Shown: positions 1 through 10,739, counted from the first letter of the stretch. The stretch: 18,973 bases of DNA from Octopus sinensis (GCF_006345805.1 NW_021824380.1:1-18973); one strand, 5' to 3'. Program-made: numbers and translations. Notes: generated by a model from the letters alone, not told the origin.

Positions 1-14
1 ATGTTAAATAATTA

Positions 15-611
15 CCATGTCCGAAATATTCCGAGCAGGTTCCAATTAGCCTTCAGGGACTTGTCAGAAGGTACAAAAAGATACTATTTATGCACTGCAG
101 AGAAGTAGCCTTCTTCATCAAACATAAACAGTCTATTTTTTCCCTTTAATTCCTCAGTTAAATGGGTGATTTGTGTTATTTCTAATCTAGACAACAGACT
201 TATTTCGATATGTGTATGTCTTATCATTTCCAGTAGAGGTTTTATGGTTAACATATCTCCTTTTAATCATTTTCCGTCGTTCTGATAATTGTTTTTGATG
301 TCCATTGTGCCGTTCTTGATTTTGGAGCTAACTGTCGCTTCATATAATATTGCATTGGCATTACAAGCATAGTCAAGCGAGCATGTGTCTTTGATCCTGA
401 AAGAGCAGTTATCAACTGTAGATGTAACAGCTTTCGTGGCTAAAATACTTTTAATGTTCCTATGTTCGTCGTTAATACCACCTGTTATCACTGAGCGTAA
501 TATAAACTTATCTTTTTCGTAGGAATTCAGACAAATTGCATAATCCATTTTCTTGGTGATATACTTAGCTTCTGAATTAATGTCAGCATAAGTTTCAGTC
601 ACTGGTAACAT
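15..611 (-). mobile_element. Degenerate, internally deleted Penelope-like element remnant (RT N-terminal piece joined to linker/GIY-YIG region)
   Basis: ORF 267-611 has YADINSEAKYITKK (like PLE pre-RT INxEAKxIAxKL), NIKSIL, and NCSFRIKDTCSLDYACNANAILYEATV (like CNCRxKxxCPLxGxCxxxxVVYxATV). After small frameshifts it continues as NY(I)RTTEND(F)KRRYVNHK (YIGxTExxFKxRYxNHK-like). Motif recognition is by eye. Confidence 0.6.
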
Positions 612-1102
612 GAATAGGTTAACAAGTGCAATTTGAAAAATCCATATTGGTAGAACTGTGCGGTAATGGATGATTAACTAATCTTTTACGCTGGCATTTG
701 CATAAATATTCACTCTACGTTTGCACTGAATTCTCCCATATCTTTAATATGTGCTATCACACACTGACGAGCATTATATGTATATATAGATTTGACAATT
801 ATACTTACGCTTCCATGACGATAAATACTAAAATATTATTGCACAGAGAATTTTCTAGAAACGTGCATTTTCAGAGTTGTAGTTGCAACACAAATGCGTT
901 CGTACATAATTCAGGGTCAAAAAAGAAGGAAAAAAAAAGGACTAAAGTCTGAATGTAAACAATGGATAATTGAAGAACTTCACTGCCTTGCGGTGTAAAA
1001 TATACAACCTCTTGAATTCTAGAAATTATTGAATGTCATACTTCACTGCGTTGTATTGAACTATCATGTTGCAAGGGAAAGGAAAGTTCACTTAAGAATG
1101 AC

Positions 1103-1212
<110 letters not shown>

Positions 1213-1802
1213 CTCCCTCCCTACCTACCTACCCGTCTGCTTGCCTACCTGCTTGCCTCCTGCCTGCTTGCCTGTCTGCTTGCCTGCTTGCCTGTCTGTT
1301 TGTCAGTATATATATATATATAAATGTATACATAAACGTGTATCTATCAATCTATATATCTACCAACCTACTTACCTGCATACCTACTTACATACCTGTG
1401 TGTGTGTCTGTCTATCTATCTATCTATCTATCTCGCGAAATGAATACCACTCCTTTAATATTTATTTAACGGCTACAAGGAAAGTCCTTCGAAGATCACT
1501 GTGTCCAAATTTCTGAGTTCTAGTGTGAAACCATGCTGTAGTAGTTACTGGAGATATGTATGTATGTTTGTATATATGTACGTATGTCTGCTTGCATTTG
1601 TGTAAGTATGCAACTAACATATGTATATATGTGCGTGTATGTGTGCGTTGTATTTGTGTGTGTGTATGCATGCATACACACAGCAACAACAACAAGCAAA
1701 GCATCTAGGAAGAAATAAACAAAAGAAGTTTAAACGGAGATCATTCAATATTTCAAATGTTGTGGCTTTAGATCACATACATAGAAAATATGAAAATACA
1801 GC

Positions 1803-1807
1803 TATAT

Positions 1808-1855
<48 letters not shown>

Positions 1856-2030
1856 ATATATATATTATATATATATCTATAAAAACAAATACTTCAAGGG
1901 CACTGAAATGGTGTCTAAAGCAGCTGGAGACGACGATCACCTGGGCTATAAAGCTACAGTAACACCCCCTCCCCTATGTGTTTAGCCATGTTAAGATTGC
2001 TTTCTATACTTTACATTCGATATATATATA

Positions 2031-2063
<33 letters not shown>

Positions 2064-2154
2064 ATATATATATATATATATATAGTGTGGTGTGCGTGTG
2101 TGTGTATGCATGTATGAATGTATATATAAGCAACACACCACACACGTATATATA

Positions 2155-2211
<57 letters not shown>

Positions 2212-2250
2212 ATACATGCATATACACATATACACACATATATATATAAG
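1803..2250. repeat. Several imperfect (TA)n / (TG)n / (CA)n tracts
   Basis: (TA)n at about 1803-1880, 2011-2083 and 2150-2208 with TG/CA interruptions; a unique spacer lies at about 1881-2010. Confidence 0.95.
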
Positions 2251-2988
2251 ATGTGTGTGTATGTATGAATCGTACCAGTGTTGGTATCACTCCAAACTTT
2301 ATACAAGCCTACACTTCAACAATATCGTGTTACACTTACAACGTACACTTCTACTCAATGCCTTTCACTCCAGTCTCAAATCCACACGGACGTGCGCATT
2401 CACACACATATATGTATACATACAAACGTATACACATGAATGTTTGAGTGATAGTGTTTATGACTTTGGAAGCAAATATATTTATATATCTTTCTCTATC
2501 TCTGTCTATCTCTTTGTCTCTCTCTCTCTATATATATAGAGAGAGACATAGAGAGGGGGAAGGATGGAGGAGAGAGAGACATGTTTACACATATTTATAC
2601 ATATCTCCACATATACTGGTGTGTTTCTAAATTTTCCTTCCATAAAATTGTATTAACAATAACATGAGCTACAATACAATAACAACTACAAAAGTAACTA
2701 CAACAACAACAACAAGAACAAGAACGAAAATAGAAGCAGCAGCAGGGACAACAACAATATGAACATTACTGGAGCGGAGAGAATCGTATTTGAAAGAGAT
2801 CAATTAAAACATTAACCTATTGGCTCTTGTATCCAGTTAAGACAACAAATTGTGTTCTTATTTCCCACTGGACATTTAATATATCGGAGAGAGTATCAAT
2901 TTATCAAGTTTGTTATTGCAACAAATCGTATCTTCATCAGCACAATATTTAAAGCAGCAATGTCAACATTTAAATAAATACAGCTTAC

Positions 2989-3048
2989 TTCCTGCACCAG
3001 AATAGCCAATGTTTGGTTAGAATCTGCAATAGAGTCGCATAGAATGTT
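2989..3048 (-). CDS. Candidate 60-nt internal exon of an unidentified gene
   Basis: Minus strand: attatattatAG acceptor and GAA|GTAAGC donor. Two frames are open (NILCDSIADSNQTLAILVQE; TFYATLLQILTKHWLFWCR). No homology recognised. Confidence 0.25.
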
Positions 3049-3927
3049 CTATAATATAATATCTTACTTAACGAAAAATAAAATAAAATAAAATATACGT
3101 AAAATCGAAAACAACAACAGCAACAAAAACAAACAACGACAAAACACCACTACTACATACAAAGAATAAAAGAAACAAATAAAACAAGCAAATAAAAACA
3201 ATCAAACAAAAGTGACTATATGTCCAATATTTCTGATTCGATTAATTGTGCGTTTTCGTTCAGCAGATACATCGATCTTTTGAGATCAAAAAGCTTAGCT
3301 CGACCAAAATCATTTTATGTTCATCCGGATCAGATATGAAACCAGGCGAGATACATAATAATACTATGTAGTTCTGTGCCTCACTGATCACAGTTTTAAA
3401 TTTCAATAGGCTAACATTCTATGTATATGGAAATTTGTTTATCATCTACGTAATACGACAAAAATCCGAGCTAAATAGTCCATGGAAGAGAGAGGGAAGA
3501 TATCTTACTAAAAAGTAAGATGTTCTCTTGATTGCTTTGGTATGGTTACAATTTCAATTTTAGGATTGTGCAGGGATAAGTCATGTCATGTCGTTCTAAA
3601 TAATGTTATCAGTGTCGAGAAAGGCATTAATTTGGATAACCATGTATTTGTGTAAACTGTTACTAGATTTCTGTTCTAAATTCAATCAAATATTCCTTCA
3701 TGTTGAATGCATTGTCAAATTATTTATGCCAACCTTTTATCAATGTACCACTAGACAAACGTGAAGAATTTATTTAGAAGTCTATGGACAAGGAAATAGG
3801 ACTGGAAAACTGGTTAAGGATACTTTAGGTATATTCAATAAACGTACAATGCATAAATAACATTGAATTAGTCATATACATAATGTCTGTAGTGTATGTG
3901 TGTCTGTTTGTCACTGTATGTGTATAC

Positions 3928-4030
3928 CGTTCTTTGATAAACTTCGATAGTAATAAAAAAAATCGATTATGCTCCCTTGCCACCCGCGTCATTATAAATG
4001 CAGCAAACCAGTGATTGGTCCCTTGGATAC
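3928..4030 (-). CDS. Candidate exon of an unidentified gene (frame uncertain)
   Basis: Acceptor ttggttacAG, donor GTATAC. The phase-2 frame reads (M)YPRDQSLVCCIYNDAGGKGA* with a stop at 3967-3969. The phase-1 frame is open (IQGTNHWFAAFIMTRVAREHNRFFLLLSKFIKE). Confidence 0.25.
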
Positions 4031-4150
4031 CTGTAACCAACGATAAAAATGTTCGTAATCCGCGATATGAAATAAATTTTATATATAACAATGGCGTTCA
4101 CTCTACTCATCGTAATTTACTTAGAACCAGGGCGATAGAATCAGTAAGTA

Positions 4151-4363
4151 TAAGGTTGTCCCAAAAGTTTGTGTCATATATTCTTTGATTCGAAGCCGGC
4201 TGAATGGTACTTTGACCTGATTCGACAGCTTGCAGATCGATGGCAGAAAGTCTTGGAAAATAATGGTCTTTATTTTGAGGAATATTTTTTGTTGTTTTTG
4301 TTAGTACTTGGCGAGTAAAAATTCAATTTTCGCAAGTGTTTACGAACTTTTGGGACAACCTAA
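4151..4363 (+). mobile_element. Non-autonomous mariner (Tc1/mariner) deletion derivative, 213 bp
   Basis: 22-bp TIRs: TAAGGTTGTCCCAAAAGTTTGT (4151-4172) versus the reverse complement of 4342-4363, TTAGGTTGTCCCAAAAGTTCGT (20/22). TA on both flanks (4149-4150, 4364-4365). 4181-4282 encodes FFDSKPAEWYFDLIRQLADRWQKVLENNGLYFEE, a typical mariner transposase C-terminus. Confidence 0.92.
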
Positions 4364-4415
4364 TATTTAGCTTAGATTCTATGCAACAACTATAACGTGA
4401 TACAAACCTTCTTAC

Positions 4416-4502
4416 ATGTTAACAGATGCGACGTTTATCACATCACTCGATGAATAGTCAGAGATAGCAAAATCCATGGATGTTTTTAAACGATCAAAAA
4501 AA
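4416..4502 (-). CDS. Candidate 87-nt internal exon (phase 2-2)
   Basis: Strong acceptor tattctttcatAG and donor CAT|GTAAGA. The only open frame reads xFFDRLKTSMDFAISDYSSSDVINVASVNx. Confidence 0.4.
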
Positions 4503-4981
4503 CTATGAAAGAATATACTTGTTTTATAATGAGCCACTTTTTATAATGAAATATCGATTGTGTATTTCCAAACGCGATGTAAAATATTTTTTTATTAGCA
4601 TCGTCTAAAACATTCCGTTATTGACAGGTCAAACTGAGGGCATTTTTTAAATAGTCTTTCAATTATGTTGTAGCAGAATGAGGGGTAGACGAACTTAAAT
4701 AATTCAATCACAACGTTAGGTGTAGCACTAGTTCTATATTTCACCTAACAAGTCATGACCAATACTGAATATTAGATGCAACAATTCCAAGAAAGTTTGC
4801 ACTTCACTAAACACAATCTTCACTAGCAGGCCAGCAGTTAACAACACTTTTCTCCGAACTATTCTATTATTTTCTTTCTTATATTTAAAAAGGCGAATCT
4901 TTCCCGAAATATTATAGAAGCATGTATATGGTACAATATAGTCATTTTTTGACAACATTTTACATATGTGAAATTTCTCAC

Positions 4982-5100
4982 CAGCGTCGCACAAAGTTTT
5001 GTTTTTCCAAATCATTTATCGCATTAGCTTTAAGCAGATTGTAACACACGTTTGATACATTAATTGTCAAAGATACTCCAATAGAAATATATTTATAATT
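4982..5100 (-). CDS. Candidate 119-nt internal exon (phase 0-2)
   Basis: Acceptor ttttccttgtacAG and donor CTG|GTGAGA. Open frame NYKYISIGVSLTINVSNVCYNLLKANAINDLEKQNFVRR. Phase-compatible with 4416-4502. Confidence 0.4.
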
Positions 5101-5288
5101 CTGTACAAGGAAAACTGTAAAAGCCATACTTTCCAAGGAAACTATCTAAAATATTATTAAAGGACCCAGAACAGTAAAGTCGACGTAGTAATTTATTTTT
5201 TTAATTACAAAAGGCAACGTTTATTCTGGATTACATTTCAATCATCCTTGTATGTATTCAGAAGTTTGAGTATGAGTATGGCATGTAC

Positions 5289-5369
5289 ATGTAGATATGT
5301 TTGTCCATAAAAAATAGAAAAGATAAGGATAATCAAGAAAATGATGCTACCAAAGCCGATTATGAAGCT
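5289..5369 (-). CDS. Candidate 81-nt exon encoding a hydrophobic (transmembrane-like) segment (phase 0-0)
   Basis: Acceptor ctgttcaatatAG and weak donor CAT|GTACAT. Reads SFIIGFGSIIFLIILIFSIFYGQTYLH. Phase-compatible with 4982-5100. Confidence 0.3.
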
Positions 5370-5563
5370 CTATATTGAACAGAATTTAAATTAACAAGTA
5401 ATGCATATTTACACATGTAAATATTTAAACCTAATGCTGTGTTAAGCATCAAAATAAGAAACATGAACACAACACGACACATAAAAATATACATACATAT
5501 ATATGTATATATACGCATATATACACACATTCACATACATATGTGATGTATGTCTGTGTCTGT

Positions 5564-5564
<1 letters not shown>

Positions 5565-5640
<76 letters not shown>
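5565..5640. repeat. (TATC)n microsatellite, followed by T-rich low complexity to about 5855
   Basis: Direct reading. Confidence 0.98.
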
Positions 5641-5643
<3 letters not shown>

Positions 5644-5885
5644 TCCTCTTCCCCTTTTTTCCCCTTTTTTCTTCTTTTTTCATTTCTCTTTTCTTTTGTT
5701 CCTTTTCCTTTTCTTTTTTTTTCGCTTTTTATTCTTTTTTTATTTTATTTATTTATTTTTTTGTTGTTTTTTTCTTCCCTTTTACGATCCCTCTTGATCG
5801 AAAACCTACGCCACCCCTTTTTTTTCTTTTTTTCTTTTGTTTTTTTGTTTTTTTCATCCCCCAAAAGAAAAACTCTACCTTGTAA

Positions 5886-5928
5886 CTTGTCCCATCTGTG
5901 TGCAGCCCTGTGTGGCCAATAAAGAAAT

Positions 5929-5929
<1 letters not shown>
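5886..5929 (+). mobile_element. Diverged 3' tail fragment of SINE family A
   Basis: cttgtcccatctgtgtgcagccctgtgtggccaataaagaaat matches the reverse complement of the tail at about 13005-13045 (tctctatgtttagccccttgtgggcaataaagaaa). Confidence 0.6.

Positions 5930-6010
<81 letters not shown>
5930..6010. repeat. (TATC)n microsatellite
   Basis: Direct reading. Confidence 0.98.
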
Positions 6011-6012
<2 letters not shown>

Positions 6013-6015
6013 GAT

Positions 6016-6313
6016 CTTTTATATGTTTCAGTCATTAGACTCCTGCAATGCCGGGGCACCACCATTGAAGGATTTTGAGTCGAATGAATCAACCCTGGTA
6101 CGTCTTTTAAAGTCTGGTACTTATTCTATCGGTCTCTTTTGCCGAACTGCTAAGATAGGAGACGTAAATATACCAACACTCCTGTCAAGTGTGGTGTTGG
6201 ACAAGCAAGCACACACACACCACACACACACACACACACACACGATGGACTTCTTTTAGTATCTATCTACCGAATCCACGTCCTTCTGTTAGTACCTATC
6301 TACCGAATCCACG
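6016..6313 (-). mobile_element. Old 5'-truncated SINE family B copy with a 31-bp tandem duplication at its truncation point
   Basis: Collinear with 11465-11907 and 10871-11226 (tgtttcagtcattagact...ggggcaccaccattgaag...gtacttattctatcggtctcttt). Duplicated units 6250-6280 and 6283-6313 are 29/31 identical. Confidence 0.8.
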
Positions 6314-6699
6314 GAGCTATTTTGATAATATCCACGTGTTTGTCGTGAAACGATATAAATCTGACTTATCTTTGATCTACACGTGCAAATATTTGTAAGT
6401 AAACATGCGAATCTGCTTTGTGCGAGTATGTATAATTACTCGTATTTATATTTCTTGTGTATTATGCTGACGAAGGAAAAACGCTTGTTTTTATGACCAT
6501 AATCTAGAAATTGAATCCAATTCACGATTAACGTGAATTCTTTTAATATTTATTCAATCGCCCGACTACAATCTGTGTATATTTTGGAGATTTTCTGTAG
6601 TATCTGAGTGCCTCGGCGTTTTCGAGCATGTGGGAGATAGGTCGCTTTTCGCCCTTGCTCTATAATTATATACATATATACATAATTATTAATTTAATG

Positions 6700-6734
6700 T
6701 ACATATACATACATACATACCTATATATATATAT

Positions 6735-6791
<57 letters not shown>

Positions 6792-6819
6792 TATATATTA
6801 TATATATATTATATGTATG

Positions 6820-6853
<34 letters not shown>

Positions 6854-6915
6854 GATATTATATATATATATATATAGATATATATAGATATATATATATA
6901 TATATATGTATGTAT
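6700..6915. repeat. Imperfect (TA)n tract
   Basis: Direct reading. Confidence 0.97.
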
Positions 6916-7202
6916 ATGGTAGAAATATGTTACAAAAAGAAAATATAAAATACACGTGGAAATGTAAGGGGAAAATAAGAAAAATCAACGAGAATGCACA
7001 TTGTAAATAAAAAAAGAAAAGGCTTTTTATGAAAGGTAACGACAGATGTATACATTTAGACGGACTGCTGGTAGTAATAAAAGTTATAAAAGTCATTATT
7101 ATTAGATGATTAAAAAGTTAGAAAACAAAGCATACCATGGTTTCGTCATAAGCTATTCATTGCTTTACATGTGTGTGTATGTGTGTGTGCGTGTGTGTGA
7201 AA

Positions 7203-7606
7203 GGTGCAAGTATGGCTGTGTTGTAAGAATTTTGCTCCCCAACCACACGGTTCCGGATTTGGTGGCACTGCGTGGTACCTTGAGCAAATGCCTTCTACTA
7301 TGCCTTCGAACCGACCAAATCCTTGTGAGTGAATTTGGTGCACGGGAACTGAGAAAAGCTTGTCCTTTATCTATATATGTATATGTTCGTGTATGTGTTT
7401 GCGTGTGTGTATTTGTGTGTATGCATATGTGCTGGTGTGTTTTCGTACCCGTAACTTAGCGATTCGACAAAAATACCCCCGATAGATTAAGTACCAAGCT
7501 TAAAGACAAAATAGATACTGGGGATGATTAGTTTGACTAAAATTCTTGAAGGCGGTACCCCAGCATGGCCGCAGACTAATGATGACTGAAACAAGTAAAG
7601 GATAAA
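7203..7606 (+). mobile_element. Full-length, diverged tRNA-derived SINE family B (CORE-like)
   Basis: A-box-like TGGCTGTGTTG, degenerate B box (GGATTTGGTGGC), CORE-like ccttgagcaaat, internal (TG)n, and tail ggcggtaccccagcatggccgcagactaatgatgactgaaacaagtaaa. Collinear with 17170-17574. Confidence 0.85.
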
Positions 7607-7801
7607 AATTCACAAGATTTTTAAATGCTTGCTTTTGGCTGGAGTGGTTTTTTGTTTCTGTTGATCTCACCAATAACGGACCAGTTCACTATACACAATG
7701 TACATTCACGCACACACACATATATTATTAATGTTTTAATGCTTGTTTTTATGCCAAGTTATGCATAAAAGCAACTTACATTTAAATGAAGGATTACTCA
7801 A

Positions 7802-7837
7802 TATTATTATTATTATTATTATTATTGTTATTATTAC

Positions 7838-7918
<81 letters not shown>

Positions 7919-7935
7919 CATTATTTATTATTAAT
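7802..7935. repeat. (ATT)n microsatellite
   Basis: Direct reading. Confidence 0.98.
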
Positions 7936-8360
7936 TATTTATTTTTTGGTAGAGTGCAGTGTTATTAACATTTATAGCTAAAAAAATTTCTGATTGTGAA
8001 ATTGAAGTTTCGGCTTGCTCGTCTTCATCATTCTGATGTCAGTCTTTTCCGTGCAGATGTTAATGTGTATATATGTGTGTGTATCGCTCGCGCGCGTGTG
8101 CATGTGTATGTGTGCGCGCGTGTGCAATGCAGTAAGCTCTTGGCACTTGAGTCACTTAAGTAACTATAAAGCTGAATAAATATATTTATGATAGACCTAA
8201 GTACATATATGCCTATACATGTACATATATGCCTATACATAAATATTCATCTATCTATCAATCTATCTGTCTGTCTGTTGGTCTGTCTGCTTGTACGTCT
8301 GTCTGTATGTCAGTCTTTTTTAATGTCTCCGTCTGTTTGTCTGTCTGACTGTCTGTCGGT

Positions 8361-8361
8361 A

Positions 8362-8446
<85 letters not shown>

Positions 8447-8459
8447 ATCTATCTATCTT

Positions 8460-8546
<87 letters not shown>

Positions 8547-8575
8547 ATCTATCTATCTATCTTTCTATCTATCTA
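8361..8575. repeat. (TATC)n microsatellite with TTTC variants
   Basis: Direct reading. Confidence 0.98.
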
Positions 8576-8669
8576 TTTCACTTCATTGCAGTTCCCTTTT
8601 CTTCTTTTTTTTCCTGACACACGTGTTTTACTTGAACATTTTTTCCTTCTCCGGACGTTTCCTCTCTCC

Positions 8670-8707
8670 TCTTTCTGACGAAGAGCCATGTTCGAAACGT
8701 TATAAAC
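8670..8707 (+). ncRNA. Minimal hammerhead-ribozyme-like motif, probably in a PLE 3' end remnant (about 8600-8820)
   Basis: CTGACGA (8675-8681), extra A, stem II GAGC/GTTC with loop CAT, GAAA (8694-8697), palindromic AACGTT. Stem I pairs poorly, so it is probably decayed. CT-rich upstream, T-rich tail ending in (TA)n. Confidence 0.5.
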
Positions 8708-8819
8708 CACTTTTTTGTTTTTTTTTATCTTATACTAAACGTCAAGCTGTTACAATGCACGTGTACGTCCTTTTGACTTTTGTTATCTTGTTATTGTTAC
8801 TTTTAATTTTCGACTTGCC

Positions 8820-8869
8820 TATATATATATATATAATATCATATATATATATATATATATATATATCTA

Positions 8870-8931
<62 letters not shown>
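8820..8931. repeat. (TA)n microsatellite
   Basis: Direct reading. Confidence 0.98.
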
Positions 8932-8933
<2 letters not shown>

Positions 8934-9009
8934 AAATCGAAACAGCGCAATAGACAAGCAAACATCCGGACAGATAGACTACACGAAGACGCACTGGAAA
9001 AACAACAAA

Positions 9010-9168
9010 AGGACAAAACAAGGACAGGCCATTCATGGCTTTCTCTCCTCAGTCAAATTTCCAGATTATCCTTACAGTTTCGGCCGGTTATACTTGAAAC
9101 TGTTCAAATCTGGCTCGTTCCAAAAGTCTAAGCTAAGAGCATTAAATATTTTGGGAGAAAGTAAGCGA
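9010..9168 (-). repeat. Unclassified interspersed repeat copy 1 (possible retroelement 3' end)
   Basis: Ungapped 140/159 identity to 9821-9979. The minus frame [31 protein letters not shown] loosely resembles non-LTR ORF2 C-termini. Strand is inferred. Confidence 0.7.
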
Positions 9169-9820
9169 ATGTTTACAACAAAGAAAAAAAAGCTAAAAAG
9201 CAAAACAAAAACTGAAAAAAGAAAACGGAGAAAATGTTACTCAATTACAAATACAAACAACAAAAAATAATAACAGGTGTCTTTCGACTAACAGAGATGA
9301 AAGAAATTGAGCTGGCGTGTGTGGAGTGAAAGCTTTGAGGCAGGAACATAGATGAACATCAGAGATGAAAGCCAGGAGACAGGAATAACAGATGCTTTAT
9401 GTCTGGCAGTCGATCCATGAAAGAAAGATCATAATTAGCCGAACACCGGTTACGTGGAAGGAAAGAAGAGCGTTGGGAGCAGAGGGTTTGAAGAATTAGT
9501 GGGAGGGCGAGAAAGAGAGAAAAAAATCAAAGGAACATAGAAAAGGTACAAGGGAGATAAACGATGAAAAATAGATTAACGAAAGAGAAGGCCAAGAAAT
9601 GCGAGAGGGGAGGGGGGCGAGAAGAAGAAAGAAGGAACGAAAGAAGGAAGAGAAAAGAAGAAATTTTCGAGGAGGAATAAAAGAAGGAATAAAAACGATA
9701 TATAAGGTGGGCAAAAGTGTACGTACGCCATTATATGTATATATAAATTTTAAAAAATGGAACAAGAACGCAACAGATGACAATAAAACCTCAAAACAGA
9801 TAGACGATAAGAATACGAGC

Positions 9821-9979
9821 AGGACAAAACAAGGACAGGTCATTCGTGGCCTTCTCTCCTCAGTCAAGTTTCCAGATTATCCTTACAGTTTCGGGCGATT
9901 ACAGTTGAGTCTGTTCAAATCTGGCTGGCCCCAAAAATTTAAACTAAGAGCATTAAGTATTTTGGAAGAAAGCAAGCGA
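9821..9979 (-). repeat. Unclassified interspersed repeat copy 2
   Basis: Direct repeat of 9010-9168, offset 811 bp, 19 substitutions, no indels. Confidence 0.7.
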
Positions 9980-10257
9980 TACTACTAACCTGATGTAGGA
10001 CTCAATTTATGAAGCATCTGAAAAAAGCGTTAGTCGGGTTAATAGCGATAATAAGAAAAGAGATGACATATAAATAACTGATTATCTTACGAAGCTCATT
10101 ACCTTACACCCGTTTCCACTAGAAGATGGAGGTGGCCTTATATTTGAGCGCCTGAGTAACACCTTACAGTTTCATCAGATCTTCAATCATAAAGTTCACA
10201 TCATGAAGTTCATAAAATAATCGGTTATTCCGTCATCTCTCTTTCCTGATATATATG

Positions 10258-10288
<31 letters not shown>

Positions 10289-10337
10289 ATGTGTGTGTGT
10301 GCGTGCGCGCGTGTGGTGTATATAAATATATACATAG

Positions 10338-10338
<1 letters not shown>

Positions 10339-10401
<63 letters not shown>

Positions 10402-10418
10402 ATATCTCTCTCTCTCTT

Positions 10419-10478
<60 letters not shown>
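10339..10478. repeat. (TATC)n microsatellite flanked by (TG)n and (TA)n
   Basis: Direct reading. Confidence 0.98.
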
Positions 10479-10479
<1 letters not shown>

Positions 10480-10739
10480 ATATATATATATATACATATA
10501 CGAGCAAATAGATGGTGCTGAGTTGTCAAACATTTAAACCAAATTTTCTCAAAACAACTTGTCCCATATTCCTCCCCCCATTGAGAAACAATGATTTAAC
10601 CTAAATTTGAGACACTGTGCATTTTTCTCGTGTACGTGTAGTATCGATCGCAACAGCTGATGTACTTGCGCGCACAAATGCACGTTCCCACGGTTTTATC
10701 GTTCGCATTCTCACCTAGAATCGATTTTTGTAATTTTTT

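Noticed and set aside
90-123. TTGATGA followed by hairpin AGAAG-GCTA-CTTCT on the minus strand (hammerhead-like)
   Set aside because: No GAAA after the hairpin and no stems I or III; it also lies in the PLE coding remnant.
3779-3829. Plus-strand mini-exon reading VYGQGNRTGKLVKDTL (pepsin flap-like)
   Set aside because: No DTG/DSG-containing exon found nearby, and it is opposite in strand to the better-supported exon chain.
7736-7968. Poly-I and poly-L ORFs
   Set aside because: Translations of (ATT)n.
8188-9270. Longest ORF (360 aa)
   Set aside because: It runs through (TATC)n, (TA)n and A-rich tracts (IYLS and YI repeats) and repeat remnants; the open frame reflects stop-free simple repeats.
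9275-9305. CTCTGTTAGTCGAAAGAC on minus, possible collapsed hammerhead
   Set aside because: Core CTGANGA is absent; only speculative reconstruction gives a ribozyme.
9599-9988. Plus-strand ORF sharing [11 protein letters not shown] with ORF 8188-9270 (apparent paralogous domain)
   Set aside because: The similarity follows from the DNA repeat; most substitutions in this frame change amino acids, and there is no splice or start context.
10160-10180. CTGATGAAACTGTAAGG on minus (hammerhead core and GAAA with no stem II)
   Set aside because: Cannot fold a hammerhead; a stem II deletion is possible but unsupported.
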